In this document: piece after piece, positions 1 through 10,942 of the stretch | Layout of the letters: every line of letters starts with the position of its first letter | How positions within the stretch are numbered: the stretch's first letter is position 1 | From: Deinococcota bacterium | Lineage (GTDB): Bacteria > Deinococcota > Deinococci > Deinococcales > Thermaceae | Assembly (NCBI GenBank): GCA_041695225.1 | Contig: JBGFRI010000027.1 | Span: 1-64,000, forward strand | Reading direction: 5' to 3' | Length of the DNA: 64,000 bases | Program-made: the position numbers and the translations under genes | Notes under the pieces: model-generated | Seen by the model: only the letters and a program-made list of their open reading frames with translations | Database searches by the model: none | Told to the model about the DNA's origin: nothing

Positions 1-25
1 ACAACCTGAATAGGGAACCGCTTTT

Positions 26-101
<76 letters not shown>

Positions 102-112
102 AGCACCAAATC

Positions 113-143
113 AACCCCCACCTCTTAGAAGGTGGGGTTTTTT
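113..143 (+). terminator. Rho-independent terminator after tRNA-Gly
   Basis: CCCCACCT-cttaga-AGGTGGGG hairpin followed by a T-run. Confidence 0.9.
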
Positions 144-302
144 GTTGGTTTCTAGACAGGCTTCAACATGACATTTGAAACGAAATCAATAATAAATTCC
201 TCGGCAGCATGAATTGAAAACAAAGTGCCAGAGAAATTTGTCGGCCATGTCAGGATACTTGTTGCCATATTCTTTATTCCCCCTCGAGACCACCCCAAAC
301 CC

Positions 303-496
303 ATGAACCCCAACACCTGATCCGGCATCAAATCGGCTCAAAAGTTGCCATCGCGCTCGAGGCCGACCGGCGCACCGGCAAGCTGGCCGAGGGCATCGGG
401 TAGACCATCCTGACCAACTCCGCCATACACCCGCACGGGATCAAAGGACGCCTTAAGAGCGGTGTAGTGGGTAGGGTTACGCAGGTTTTGGACTAG
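303..496 (+). pseudogene. YwbE/DUF2196-family pseudogene
   Basis: Manual translation MNPNT*SGIK / frameshift / GSKVAIALEADRRTGKLAEGIG*TILTNSAIHPHGIKGRLKSGVVGRVTQVLD* matches the YwbE pattern (DxRTGKL..G....ILTNS..HPHGIK.RL..G.VGRV); two internal stops and a frameshift. Confidence 0.75.
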
Positions 497-1014
497 CGGT
501 GATGATCTATACCGGGCAAATACATGCGCCAGGCTTCGGGCAGATTGGGAAGGTCGGCGACCAGCAAGAGGCTGTGGCGAGGCGCAATGGGGCGGCGGGC
601 CAGGCGCATGCCGGCTTCTTCGGGGGTGCGGTTTTTCTTCTTGAGGTTGCAGGGGCGGCAGGCCGCAACCAGATTCTCCCAGATGCCGCGTCCTCCCCGA
701 CTTTTGGGAAAAACGTGGTCTACGGTCAGGTCGCTTCCGCGTCTGCCACAGTACTGGCAGGTATAGGCGTCGCGGCGCAGGATGTTGCGCCGGTTAAGTG
801 CAAGCCGCCCTGGAGGGCGGCGGACCAGACGTTTGAGGCGGATGATGCTGGGGACCGGGTAGGGGGTGCTGGGAGTTCGTAGGTACATCCCGCTTTCCTC
901 GACCACCTCGGCAGTTCCGTTCATGACCAGAATGACCGCCCGCCTGACGCTGGCCAGGCCCAATGGTTCGTACCCGGCATTGAGCACCAGGATGCGGGGT
1001 AAGTCCAGATTCAC
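493..1014 (-). CDS. HNH endonuclease (McrA-like, LVLNA.YEPL N-terminus)
   Basis: CQYCG...LTVDHVFPKSRGG...WENLVAACRPCNLKK motifs. Confidence 0.92.
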   Translation of the reverse strand: MNLDLPRILVLNAGYEPLGLASVRRAVILVMNGTAEVVEESGMYLRTPSTPYPVPSIIRLKRLVRRPPGRLALNRRNILRRDAYTCQYCGRRGSDLTVDHVFPKSRGGRGIWENLVAACRPCNLKKKNRTPEEAGMRLARRPIAPRHSLLLVADLPNLPEAWRMYLPGIDHHR

Positions 1015-1140
1015 GCGCTTAAGGATACTCGAAAAATGTCAGGAGAATCTAGACCAGTACCGAAGAGGGCCCTGGACCCACCTCCACACCCTGCACCAGC
1101 ACTCTATTGACCACCCGTCTCCTGCTAGAATCGGAGGGTT

Positions 1141-2067
1141 ATGGGCCGTCTGATTCGTGGGCTGGCTGCCGGCGGAAACCTACGGGTTTTAGCCGTAGAA
1201 ACCACCGATATTACCGAAGAAGCCAGGGAACGCCACCAGCTCTCTCCCACCGCTACTGCTGCTTTGGGCCGGGCCATGAGCGGGGCGCTGCTGCTGTCAT
1301 TTCTGCTCTCCAAAACGCCCAAAGAGCGGGTTGGCCTACAGTTTGTGGGCGATGGGCCTCTGGGCGGGCCGGTGGTGGAAGCTGCGCCAGACGGGTTTGT
1401 GCGCGGGTATGTAAAGAACCCCCGGGCCCACCCCCCGCTGCGCCACGATGGCAAGCTCGACGTAGGTGCAGCCATTGGCAAGGGGGAGCTCAAGGTAGAC
1501 CGGCTGCTGCCTGGCAGAGAACTCTATTCGTCCAGCATCAAACTGGTCAGCAGCGAGGTTGCCGAAGACTTAGCCCGCTACCTCTGGCAGTCTGAACAGA
1601 TACCCTCGGCGCTGTTGCTGGGGGTGCGGGTGAGGGCATCTGGTGCAGTTCATACTGCTGGGGGAGTGGTTATTCAGGTGTTGCCAGACTGTCCTGAGCA
1701 GGTGGTTGGCAGGCTCGAGCACAACCTGCAAGGCCACGGCAGCCTTACCGAACTACTGCTCGAGCAAGGGCTCTATGGTGCAGTCCAGACCCTGATGGAC
1801 GGGCTGGACTACGACCCCACCGACCTGAGCCTGCTGGGCTTCGGCAAGGGCCATATACCGCTGTACTTTCGCTGCCGTTGCAGCCGCGAACGGGCCCTGA
1901 ACGCGCTGATCTACTTCTCACACGAGGAGCGCGAACAGATGGTCAGGCAGGATGGGGGAGCAGAAGTGCTGTGTCACTGGTGCGCCCAGAAATACCAGCT
2001 TACCCCCGAAGAAATTCGCTCTTTGCCCGCAGGCGAAGGGTTTGCCGCGGAAAGGCCACAGGCCTGA
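1141..2067 (+). CDS. hslO: Hsp33 redox-regulated chaperone
   Basis: ALGRAM, YLWQSEQIPS, Zn motifs CRCS and CHWC. Confidence 0.95.
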   Translation: MGRLIRGLAAGGNLRVLAVETTDITEEARERHQLSPTATAALGRAMSGALLLSFLLSKTPKERVGLQFVGDGPLGGPVVEAAPDGFVRGYVKNPRAHPPLRHDGKLDVGAAIGKGELKVDRLLPGRELYSSSIKLVSSEVAEDLARYLWQSEQIPSALLLGVRVRASGAVHTAGGVVIQVLPDCPEQVVGRLEHNLQGHGSLTELLLEQGLYGAVQTLMDGLDYDPTDLSLLGFGKGHIPLYFRCRCSRERALNALIYFSHEEREQMVRQDGGAEVLCHWCAQKYQLTPEEIRSLPAGEGFAAERPQA

Positions 2068-2071
2068 GTTC

Positions 2072-3115
2072 TTACATGAAGCGGGCCTGGGGATAGGCGT
2101 GCTGGACCCCCGCCCTGAACTGTTCGTACCCCGATTCCTCGACCAGGGCTACCGTAGAGCCGCCAAAGCCTGCTCCGGTCAGGCGCGCCCCGACGGCTCC
2201 GTGACGCAACTCGGCTTCTACCAGCATGTCGAGCTCGGGAATTGAGACCTGGTAGTCGTGGCAGAGCGAGCGGTGCGAGGCTACCATCAGCCTGCCAAAG
2301 TGTTTAATATCGCCCTGTTCCAGCGCCCTCACCCCATCCAGTACCCGCTGGTTCTCGGTCACGACATGACGGGCGCGACGGTTTATGGGCTCGGGCAGGG
2401 TGGCGAGGCGGGGCAGATCAGCCAGGGAAAGCTCGCGCAGCGATCTGATACCCAGCAGTGCGCAGGCCTGTTCACACTCGCTTCGACGGGTGTTGTAGCC
2501 CGACTCGGCCAGGCGGCGCGGAACAGCGGAGTCCACTACCGCCACCCGGTAGCCCTGCGGTAAGGCCACAAGCTGGCTGGTAAGGTCTTGGGTATCCAGA
2601 AACAGCGCATACCCCAGACGCCCCACCGAGGAAGCCATCTGATCCATGATGCCGCAACGCACCCCCACATACTCCACCTCGGCCTGCTGAGCCAGCAGGG
2701 CGATCTGTACGTCATCCAGGGGAAGGGTATAAAGTTCGCGTAAAGCTCGCAAGGCTGCCACCTCGAGGGCCGCCGAGCTGGACAATCCGCCGGTCATGGG
2801 CACCTGGCTACGTACATAAGCCCGGATGCCCGGAACAGCGTAGCCATTCTGACGTAGCACCCACACACAGCCTGCTATGTAGTCTAGCCAGTCACCCTGT
2901 CTGGTTGCGTCTAGCCCCCGGCTTCTGCACTCTTGAAAACTTTCGGCGTAGGCCTCGATGCCCGTGGCCTGGGTAGCTTCGATGTAGGTCTGATATATAA
3001 GGGGGGTAGGCAAGACCAAGCCCTGGTTGTAGTCGGTATGCTCACCCAGCAGATTAACACGGCCTGGAGCAGATACACGCACAGTGGGTTCGGTGCCAAA
3101 GACATCCTTGAACAT
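2072..3115 (-). CDS. galK: Galactokinase
   Basis: APGRVNLLGEHTDYN, GLSSSAALE, CGIMDQ, GARLTGAGFGG; start placed at the ATG of MFKDV. Confidence 0.96.
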   Translation of the reverse strand: MFKDVFGTEPTVRVSAPGRVNLLGEHTDYNQGLVLPTPLIYQTYIEATQATGIEAYAESFQECRSRGLDATRQGDWLDYIAGCVWVLRQNGYAVPGIRAYVRSQVPMTGGLSSSAALEVAALRALRELYTLPLDDVQIALLAQQAEVEYVGVRCGIMDQMASSVGRLGYALFLDTQDLTSQLVALPQGYRVAVVDSAVPRRLAESGYNTRRSECEQACALLGIRSLRELSLADLPRLATLPEPINRRARHVVTENQRVLDGVRALEQGDIKHFGRLMVASHRSLCHDYQVSIPELDMLVEAELRHGAVGARLTGAGFGGSTVALVEESGYEQFRAGVQHAYPQARFM

Positions 3116-3311
3116 AGCCCATCTAGCATACGGTAGGCAGGCCAGGGCCGAACGCTTAGCGGCGGGTAGCCACAATCAATCTGGCAAAAAGGCTCGATCA
3201 TTCTGGCTTGAAACACAACCTCGGACCATCTTTTCCACACTGCAGCAACGCCGCACGCCCTCAAAAACGGCTTGGGCACGGCGTGCTCCAGGCTGCGCGT
3301 GGTTTTGGCGA

Positions 3312-4316
3312 CTACTCCTCGTACGCCATTGGACGCAAGCGATTATCCACTGTCATCATGGGCCATCTGGGGTCGGGGGTAAGGTTTTCCAGCCCGGTCT
3401 CGGTGAGCAAGAAAGTGTCCTCGACCTTTGCGCCGGGCAGGCTGGGGTTCCAGGCCAGGGCCATGCCTGCTTCCAGCCTGGTGGGGTTGCCGGGAAGCGC
3501 CAGCACCTCCCGGCTGCAGTAGCCGGTCAGGCCACCCTGGTGGTGGTTTTCGAACTCCTGAGCGCGGCCAATGGCGCTGTAGCCCGCGCGAATGTTCTCC
3601 AGCACCTGACCCAGGGTGGCGCCTGTCTGAGAGGCCCTTAGCGCAGCCGCTTCTACCTGGCAGACGTGTTTGTGGAGGGCTTTGGCTTCGGGGTGTCCAA
3701 AGCTGCGCAACCGGCTTACGTTGGCAATCAGCCCGTGCCGCCGCCCACAGACAACACCCATGCACAGCCGCCCCAGGGGGCGCCTTTTGGGGATGGGGTG
3801 GCGGTGGCGGAACAGGCGCTCTTCGCCTGCTACCAGCAGCACCAGGGGCTGGATGCCCCTGGACAGGAGTCCCTCGCCGATGGCCCCGGCAAGTTCGTAT
3901 TCGCTCCAGTCGGGCCTGGCAGAGCGGATGCCCTCGCCCAGGGCAGCGGCAGCATCCAGGCCCAGGGCCCGGTAGCGATCCTGTTCTTCTCTGGAGAGAA
4001 CCAGGCGCAGAGGGGTAAGGTCGTGCTCCAGATCGCTGGGCCCTTGCGCCGCCGGTGGGCTATACCAGGGGTAGCGCACCACCTTCAACCCGGGCGCCTC
4101 TTCTTCCGCAAGACGAGCGGCCTCGATCTGCGAAGAATGTAAACGTACCGTGTCTGAGGTAATTTCCAGCCAGGCCGAGACCGGGCGAAAGCTCACCACT
4201 GTATTGTCGCCCCCGCCAGTAAGCCAGGCAAAGTTTTCCGGCTGTTGCACAAAAAAACGTGGAAAACTGTGGTTTTCCATCCAGCAACGTAGTCGGGTCA
4301 GGGCGGTGGAATTCAC
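3312..4316 (-). CDS. M24 (Xaa-Pro peptidase/creatinase fold) family protein
   Basis: NFAWLTGG, RHRHP, HHQGG, WNPS..GAKVEDT pita-bread motifs. Confidence 0.8.
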   Translation of the reverse strand: MNSTALTRLRCWMENHSFPRFFVQQPENFAWLTGGGDNTVVSFRPVSAWLEITSDTVRLHSSQIEAARLAEEEAPGLKVVRYPWYSPPAAQGPSDLEHDLTPLRLVLSREEQDRYRALGLDAAAALGEGIRSARPDWSEYELAGAIGEGLLSRGIQPLVLLVAGEERLFRHRHPIPKRRPLGRLCMGVVCGRRHGLIANVSRLRSFGHPEAKALHKHVCQVEAAALRASQTGATLGQVLENIRAGYSAIGRAQEFENHHQGGLTGYCSREVLALPGNPTRLEAGMALAWNPSLPGAKVEDTFLLTETGLENLTPDPRWPMMTVDNRLRPMAYEE

Positions 4317-4498
4317 GTCTTATGGTAACACTCTTCATTTCCGAGGCATGAAAGTAGTGCAGCCAGTGCATTTTTTCCAGACTGCCTAGTGTCTCGACCA
4401 ACCTAAACCCGCTCAACAGGCCATCGGCCCCATTTACTGCGGCGTGTTTGCCCTGTCGGTATGGTTTCAAGGCTGGCCGCTTCTTGTGGCAAGGCCGG

Positions 4499-5539
4499 TC
4501 AGATAACCACCTCACGCAGGGTTCGGGCGGTTTCTTCTGGCAGGGCATCCATCGCAAAAGTTCCGGCAGCAATCTCGGTGCCAGCCAGGTATTTCAGCTT
4601 GTCGGCGGTGCGCAGGGCGGGGTAGAACTCCACGTGGAAATGGAAGACCGCCTCGGCGCCTTTCGGCGCAGCATGCAGGGCCATCACATAGGGCATGGGC
4701 TGGCGGAACAGGCTATCGAGTTTCTGAACAACCTGGCCCAGCGTTTTTGCCAGGCTACGGGTCTGGCCAGGGCTGAAGGCCCACGGGCCAGGACTGAACT
4801 GCTTGGGAAAGAGCAGTAACTCGTAGGGGTAGCGTGCATAGGGCGGAATGCAGGCAATGGTGTACTCATCTTCCAGCACGGTATAAGGTTGCAGGTTCGG
4901 CAGCAGATCCAGCAAGACCGGGCTCTGCTGAAATGCATCGAGCTCTTTCTTCAAAATGGGCGGAACCCAGGGATAGGCATAGATCTGCCCGTGGGGGTGG
5001 TGCAGGGTGACCCCAATCTGCTCGCCCCGGTTCTCGAAGGGCATCACATACCGGATGTTTTCACGGGCATAGAGGTCTAAGTAGCGGTCGGCCCAGACCT
5101 GCACCAAGAGCTCGCGCCGCTGGGCGCAGAGGGTAGCGATACTGCCACTGTGTTCAGGGGTAAACACAATCACTTCACAGTCGCCGTGGGCATCGCGGGT
5201 GGGGATCGGCAGATCGCGGGGGGCCTCGCCCGCGTTGGGCGAGAGCGAGGGCCAGCGGTTCTGGAAGACCGCAATTTCAAAGTCTTCAAAGGGGATCTCG
5301 GTAGGGAAGCCCCCCGGTCTACTGGGTGCCAGCGGGTCATATTCTTTGGGTGGCAGGAAGGTTCGCCCCTGTCGGCTGGCGGCGAATACCACCCACTCCT
5401 GCCGCAGGGGGTGCCAGCGGGCATGAGACCAGGCCTGCTCGGTGTTCTCACCCTCCGGCAGTGGGGGCAGGGTGTGGGGGCTCAGGCCATAGAGATATAA
5501 GTTGCGCCCGTCCTTTTTCTGGTAGATGCGCTTATACAT
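4499..5539 (-). CDS. galT: Galactose-1-phosphate uridylyltransferase
   Basis: FENRG..IGVTLHHPHGQIYA catalytic HPH motif; KYLAGTE. Confidence 0.96.
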   Translation of the reverse strand: MYKRIYQKKDGRNLYLYGLSPHTLPPLPEGENTEQAWSHARWHPLRQEWVVFAASRQGRTFLPPKEYDPLAPSRPGGFPTEIPFEDFEIAVFQNRWPSLSPNAGEAPRDLPIPTRDAHGDCEVIVFTPEHSGSIATLCAQRRELLVQVWADRYLDLYARENIRYVMPFENRGEQIGVTLHHPHGQIYAYPWVPPILKKELDAFQQSPVLLDLLPNLQPYTVLEDEYTIACIPPYARYPYELLLFPKQFSPGPWAFSPGQTRSLAKTLGQVVQKLDSLFRQPMPYVMALHAAPKGAEAVFHFHVEFYPALRTADKLKYLAGTEIAAGTFAMDALPEETARTLREVVI

Positions 5540-5606
5540 GACAACCTCGGTGGTTTAGGGCGCCCTTTGTGCCTGGCAGCGACATGTGAGCGAGCCAGGT
5601 ACCGAC

Positions 5607-7061
5607 TCACTGGTCTAGCCAGCTGGTGAAGTCTGCCTCGCGCTCGCCAATGGTGAAGGTGTAGGGGCCGGTCTGCTTGATGGGAGGGTTGGCCTCGAGC
5701 CATGTTTTGAGCTGCTCTTGCTCATCACCGTCTAGCCACTCTGGGGGGTCGGAGGTGGCTTTGAAGCCCGAGACCAGCGCCAGATCTTGCAACACTGCTC
5801 GCTGGGCGGGGTTTAGCAGGTTATAGCGGGTGCGGAAATAGGCCACGTCTGGGTCGGTGTGTACCAGCGGCCTCAGCCAGAGCCGGTGCAGGCTGGTGCG
5901 CAGAGCATTGTAGGCTGCTGGGCCAGTGGGGTCGTTCAGAAAGACCCGCCGGTCCAGATTGTCCCAGAAAGGAGCCACATCCGGCCCGATGCGGATGCCA
6001 TCCACCAGGCCCAGCGAGGCAGTGATGGGCGCCCCGCAGGCCAGGATATACACCTCCTCTCCGGCGCTTTCCCGGATCAGGCGCATGGCTTCACGGTAGG
6101 CCTCTTCACGGGCAATATCGGCGTGCCGTCTGGCGGGCAGCGCAGCAGCATACAAAAAGTCCAGCTTCAAGTAGCGGTAGCCCCAGCCCCGCACCGCCTG
6201 GATCAGATTTTGCAGCCAGTCCTGCACCGCCTGGAGGGTCACATCCAGCGCATAGGTGCCGCCCCAGACCGAGCCCGCCGAGACCAGCTCGCCCTGTGCG
6301 TCTCGCAAAAACCAGTCCGGGTGTTCTTTAAACAGCCTCGAGCTGGGCCGGACGATAAAGGGGGCCAGCCACAGGCCCGGGGTTAGGCCCTGGCTCTGTG
6401 CTCGTAGCGCGATGGCCTGCATGCCAGAAGGAAACTTGTGGTTGGGCTCCCAGTCGCCCATGTTTTGCTGCCAGCCATCGTCTAGCTGAAATACCTCAAA
6501 AGGTAGGCCCTGCAGACCGGCGATGGTCTGCAGCATACTGCTCTCGGAGATCTCGTTATAGTAGCTATACCAGCTACACCAGACCCTGGGGGCAGCCTGC
6601 TGGGCGCGAACCCCCAGCGTAGCAGCCAGCAGTTCGGCGTAGCGGCCCAGCACCTGGCGCCAGTCGTCATAGGCCACAAACCACTGTAGCTCATGATCAC
6701 AGCTACCCCTGAGATTCTGGCGGTCTGCCTCAACTCGTGCGCCGGGCCGCAAGGCCCCCAGGAATAACATCCGCCCATCAAAACCCTCTACACCCCCCAG
6801 CCCACTGCCACCATGCACCGGCGAAAGGGCATGTGCGGGATCGTCACACTGCGGGCGGCGCTCGGGAGGGAGCAGTGGTCTGGGGCTATCCTTCATGCTG
6901 ACCCAGCCGGCCTCGCTCCAGCTCTGCCAGCCATGCTTGAAAAACCGGGTGCGCCCAAAGGGATGACCAATCTGAACAGCCTTGCCTGAGAGCAGGTAGC
7001 CACCCAGGGTCTCCTCGAGCCTGGTAGCGCTGATGCTAAAGTCGTAACCCTGAATCTGCAT
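5607..7061 (-). CDS. Alpha-galactosidase, GH36
   Basis: WCSWY, FQLDDGWQ, YLKLDFLY, RIGPD. Confidence 0.93.
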   Translation of the reverse strand: MQIQGYDFSISATRLEETLGGYLLSGKAVQIGHPFGRTRFFKHGWQSWSEAGWVSMKDSPRPLLPPERRPQCDDPAHALSPVHGGSGLGGVEGFDGRMLFLGALRPGARVEADRQNLRGSCDHELQWFVAYDDWRQVLGRYAELLAATLGVRAQQAAPRVWCSWYSYYNEISESSMLQTIAGLQGLPFEVFQLDDGWQQNMGDWEPNHKFPSGMQAIALRAQSQGLTPGLWLAPFIVRPSSRLFKEHPDWFLRDAQGELVSAGSVWGGTYALDVTLQAVQDWLQNLIQAVRGWGYRYLKLDFLYAAALPARRHADIAREEAYREAMRLIRESAGEEVYILACGAPITASLGLVDGIRIGPDVAPFWDNLDRRVFLNDPTGPAAYNALRTSLHRLWLRPLVHTDPDVAYFRTRYNLLNPAQRAVLQDLALVSGFKATSDPPEWLDGDEQEQLKTWLEANPPIKQTGPYTFTIGEREADFTSWLDQ

Positions 7062-7065
7062 GGCT

Positions 7066-9006
7066 TCACCCTTGTTTCCAGACGCTCAAATTATAGGCCG
7101 CAATGGTGGGACCACCCAACAAAAACGCTGCTCCCTGGGGTGCGGGTGCAGCCTGAGGGTGGCCGGTGTAGTTGAAGGCAAATACCAGACTACCCCGACG
7201 GCGTAGCCGCAAGCCATCGGGCAGGGAATGGGAAAGCAGCCCGGCTGCACTAACCACCTGGCCCAGGTAGGCACTGAGAAACTCGAGGCCAGGCCAGAAG
7301 GCCAGGTAGTGCAGGTTGTGGTGCCGGTAGACTGCCCCTTTGCCATCGGCGAAGGTCGCTACGGGCTGCAACCCTGACTCAATCCACTCCTTCCAAACCT
7401 CGGCCTTCCACTGCTCCCCAGCAAAAAACACTTTCTGGGCCAGTCCGGGGCGGTAGCTTTCTACTCTAGTGACCTTGAGCGGCAGCAGTTCTTGTAAAGC
7501 ACCGGGCGGCAGACTGGGTGGAATTCCCAAAAACTCGGTCTTGGAGCCGCTACGCGGGCCAAAGACGATCTGTCCCGCGCAGGCCCGAAAAGCCTCCAGG
7601 GTTTGCTCCCGCAGGATGGGCAGGCTGGGCACTACCACCAGCCGGTAGTGGTCGAGGCTGGCGCCGGGTGGCACAAAATCTATATCCAGCCCCAGTCCGC
7701 GCAGGGCCCGGTAGAAATTCCAGACCAGGTCACGGTAGATGAACTCCCGGCCCTGGGGCTGTACTTTCAAAAGCCAGTCGGTCTCATAGTCGAAGACCAG
7801 GGCTACCGGGGCGTGGGAGGTCGGGGGTAGCGAGAGCTGGGCCAGCTCCGTAGCCACCTGTTGTGCCTCGAAGAAGGCCAGGTCTGGTTCATAGTCGGGG
7901 CGATGGAGGCCAGCATGAAACTGTTCTTGAGCTTGCGGGAACTGCCGCCAGCGGAAGTAGTTAACCACCTCGGCACCGTGGGCCAGCGCCTCCCATGTCC
8001 AAAGCCGCACCATGCCGGGGGCCGGGGAGGGGTTGTGGTGGGCCCAGTTGACCGGCCCAGGCTGCTGCTCCATCACCCACCAGCGCGGCTTGACCCCCCG
8101 GTAGAGGTCGTGGTGAAAGGCCGCCATGTCGGGATGACCAGTCTGGGCATAAGCGGACTTCTCCGCCTGGGTGCAAGGCAGCAGGTCCATATCGGTGAAG
8201 CCCAGAGGGTAGCTGTCCCAGCCTGCAATATCCAGATCCTGGGCCAGCTTGAAGTGGTCGAAGTCTGGGGTATAGCCCATAAAGTTATGCAGGATAAAAC
8301 GCCCCGGCGAGTGGGCCCGGATGATCTCCACCTGCATTCTGTTGCAGGCAGCTACCTGGTCCGAACTGAAGCGGTAGAAGTCCAGAACATGGCTGGGGTT
8401 GGGCGCGGTAACGGTGAGGTTGGGCAATTCAACCTCATCAAACGAGCGGTACTCCATACTCCAGAAGACATTGCCCCAAGCAGCGTTCAGCACCTCTACC
8501 CGACCGTATCTGGTCTGCAGCCACTCCCGAAAGGCCCGCAGGTCTTCGGGGCCATAGCTGCGGGTGGTGTCGTGGCAGCCGTACTCGTTATCGGTCTGCC
8601 AGCCTGCTACGTGGGAGTTCTGGCCATAGCGTAGGGCTAGCTCTGCAACAATACGGCGGGACTCGCCCAGGTAAACCCTGCTGCTGAAGCTATAGTGCCG
8701 GCGCGAGCCGAACCGGCGCGGGCGGCCCAAGGCGTCATAGGCAAGAACCTCGGGGTACCGGTCTACCAGCCACTTGGGCGGGGTGGCGGTGGGGGTGCCC
8801 AGCACAATCTTTAGTCCAGCACCGCCCAGGGTTTCGATCGCCTCATCCAGCCACTCCCAGGTAAAGCGCCCCGGATCGGGCTCTATGCGACTCCAGGCAA
8901 ACTCGCCAATGCGCACATAAAATAGGCCCAGTGCTTTCATCCGGCGGGCATCCTCGGCCCAGTGCTCGCGGGGCCAGTGTTCGGGGTAGTAGCAGACGCC
9001 TAGCAC
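7066..9006 (-). CDS. Beta-galactosidase, GH42
   Basis: [32 protein letters not shown] start overlaps upstream stop (TAGTG). Confidence 0.95.
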   Translation of the reverse strand: MLGVCYYPEHWPREHWAEDARRMKALGLFYVRIGEFAWSRIEPDPGRFTWEWLDEAIETLGGAGLKIVLGTPTATPPKWLVDRYPEVLAYDALGRPRRFGSRRHYSFSSRVYLGESRRIVAELALRYGQNSHVAGWQTDNEYGCHDTTRSYGPEDLRAFREWLQTRYGRVEVLNAAWGNVFWSMEYRSFDEVELPNLTVTAPNPSHVLDFYRFSSDQVAACNRMQVEIIRAHSPGRFILHNFMGYTPDFDHFKLAQDLDIAGWDSYPLGFTDMDLLPCTQAEKSAYAQTGHPDMAAFHHDLYRGVKPRWWVMEQQPGPVNWAHHNPSPAPGMVRLWTWEALAHGAEVVNYFRWRQFPQAQEQFHAGLHRPDYEPDLAFFEAQQVATELAQLSLPPTSHAPVALVFDYETDWLLKVQPQGREFIYRDLVWNFYRALRGLGLDIDFVPPGASLDHYRLVVVPSLPILREQTLEAFRACAGQIVFGPRSGSKTEFLGIPPSLPPGALQELLPLKVTRVESYRPGLAQKVFFAGEQWKAEVWKEWIESGLQPVATFADGKGAVYRHHNLHYLAFWPGLEFLSAYLGQVVSAAGLLSHSLPDGLRLRRRGSLVFAFNYTGHPQAAPAPQGAAFLLGGPTIAAYNLSVWKQG

Positions 9007-10016
9007 TAGTCTTTCACCCCTCCCGCCGTGATTCCGGCAATGAAGTAGCGCTGCAAGAACAAGAACAGCAGCAAGAAGGGCAGGGTAGTCATAACCGCTC
9101 CCACCATGATGCCCCCCCAGGAGACCCGGGTCAGCCCGATCAGGGAGCCCAGGGCCACTGGCGCAGTCTGCATATCGCGGTCCGAGAGCACCAGCAGGGG
9201 CCACAAATAGTCGTTCCAGGAAGCCAAAAAGAGGATGATGGCCAGCGCGGCCATGGCCGGAAGCACCAGGGGCATGGCCACCCGGAAGAAGATGCGGAAC
9301 TCCCCGGCCCCGTCTATGCGGGCGGCCTCGAGGAGGCTAACCGGCACACTCAAGAAGTTCTGCCGCATGAAAAACACCCCCAGGCTGTTGGCCAGAGAGG
9401 GCAGAATGACCGCCCACCAGGTATTGGTCAGACGAAACTCAAAGGCCATGGCCTCCACAAGTGCAGGTACCCCGAGGAATAGATAGGCCAGCCCGGCTAC
9501 AGCGTAACCGGCCCAGACAGCCCGTTTCATACTGACCGAAAACTTTAGCCAGGCTAGCAGGGCGGCGACTCCACCAAACACGGCCATACCGATCATGATG
9601 GCCAGCAAGGTTTTGGCTTCTCGGGCTACCAGGATGAACTGCGGAATAACTACGGCGAAGTAGGGAATGGTCAGGGTAGCGATCACCAGCGAGAAGACCA
9701 AGCCCTTGCCCCAAAAATCGAAGCGGGCGAAAGCGTAACCCGCCAGGCTGGTCAGGAATACCGAGAGAACTGTATAAATGCTTGCAATCATAATACTGTT
9801 GAAGAGGGTTCGCAGGAAGTTGGTATCGGCTTGCAGGTTTTGCAGGTTGGCCAGAAACTGGTTGCCAGGCCAGACCGGGATAGGGGTACTGAAGATGGCT
9901 ACCTCGGGGTGGGTCGAGAAGACAAACATTAGCCACAACGGGGCCAGCCACACAAGGGCCAGAGGGGTAAGGAGCAGGTGCAGCCAGAAGCTGCGCCGCC
10001 AAAGCCGCCGCTTCAC
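9006..10016 (-). CDS. Carbohydrate ABC transporter permease (MalG type) with internal insertion
   Basis: [16 protein letters not shown] (EAA loop), WNDYLWP; GTG start overlaps upstream stop. Confidence 0.92.
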   Translation of the reverse strand: MKRRLWRRSFWLHLLLTPLALVWLAPLWLMFVFSTHPEVAIFSTPIPVWPGNQFLANLQNLQADTNFLRTLFNSIMIASIYTVLSVFLTSLAGYAFARFDFWGKGLVFSLVIATLTIPYFAVVIPQFILVAREAKTLLAIMIGMAVFGGVAALLAWLKFSVSMKRAVWAGYAVAGLAYLFLGVPALVEAMAFEFRLTNTWWAVILPSLANSLGVFFMRQNFLSVPVSLLEAARIDGAGEFRIFFRVAMPLVLPAMAALAIILFLASWNDYLWPLLVLSDRDMQTAPVALGSLIGLTRVSWGGIMVGAVMTTLPFLLLFLFLQRYFIAGITAGGVKD

Positions 10017-10852
10017 TGCTCCCTCCCAAAAAGCCGTAGCTGGATGATGGAGAAGACCAGGGCCAGCAAGGTGATGACATAAGCGATGCTCGAGGCGTAG
10101 CCAAAGTTGATGTTCTGGAAGCCCTGGCGGTACAGATATACCCCCAGGGTGGTGGTAGCCGTGCCGGGGCCGCCATTGGTAATCAGCCACGGTTCGGTGA
10201 AGAGCTGTAGTGTTCCGATGATGGACAGGACTAAACAGAACAGCAGTACCGGGCGCAGACTGGGCAGAGTTACGTGCCAGAACTGCTGCCAGGGGCTGGC
10301 CCCATCAATCTCAGCAGCTTCGTAGATCTCCTTGGGGATGCTCTGCAACCCAGCCAGAATAATGATGGCATTGTAGCCCGTCCAGCGCCAGGTGAGGGTA
10401 AAGATGATGACCGCCATAGCCCCAGCTGGATCAAAGATCCAGTTCAAATTCAGCCCAGTAATCGCGTTCACTGCCCCATTTTCGTTGAAAAGCAGCCGGA
10501 AGACCGCCGAGTAAGCGACAGCTCCAACCACCACCGGCGCGAAGAAGGCAAAGCGAAAAAAGCCTCTGGCCCGAAGCAGCTGAGAGTTGAGGGCCAGGGC
10601 CAGGCCTGTAGCCAGAGCCAGCATGAGGGGTACCTGGACTACCAGGATGAACAAGGTATTACGCAGGGCATCCCAAAAAGCTGCGTCACCCAGGATGCGC
10701 CCCCAGTTGATGCCCAGGTTCCAGACCGGCGGGTAGACCCGGGTATTTTGAAATGACAAAAGCAAGGACTCGAGGATCGGCCAGGCCCAGAAAAGAGCAA
10801 AAATTGCCAGATAGGGCAGCAAAAAAAGGTACGGGGTCGCGCCGTGCTTCAC
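10013..10852 (-). CDS. Carbohydrate ABC transporter permease (MalF type)
   Basis: WRWTGYN, YEAAEIDGA, GYASSI. Confidence 0.94.
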   Translation of the reverse strand: MKHGATPYLFLLPYLAIFALFWAWPILESLLLSFQNTRVYPPVWNLGINWGRILGDAAFWDALRNTLFILVVQVPLMLALATGLALALNSQLLRARGFFRFAFFAPVVVGAVAYSAVFRLLFNENGAVNAITGLNLNWIFDPAGAMAVIIFTLTWRWTGYNAIIILAGLQSIPKEIYEAAEIDGASPWQQFWHVTLPSLRPVLLFCLVLSIIGTLQLFTEPWLITNGGPGTATTTLGVYLYRQGFQNINFGYASSIAYVITLLALVFSIIQLRLFGREQ

Positions 10853-10942
10853 GCGTCCTCCGGGTAAGGTGGGGTGGGTGGTGGGCTACACCTCACAATT
10901 GCACCGACTCCAATAATCAGTTTTGTGTCTGCCACCCCTGTA

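Noticed and set aside
493..1014. HNH gene as a mobile element or defence system next to the tRNA
   Set aside because: It belongs to a widespread stand-alone HNH family; no integrase, methyltransferase or att duplication was seen.
3231..3239. DnaA boxes (TTTTCCACA here and its complement near 37167) as a replication origin
   Set aside because: They are isolated matches, with no cluster, AT-rich unwinding element or dnaA/rep gene.
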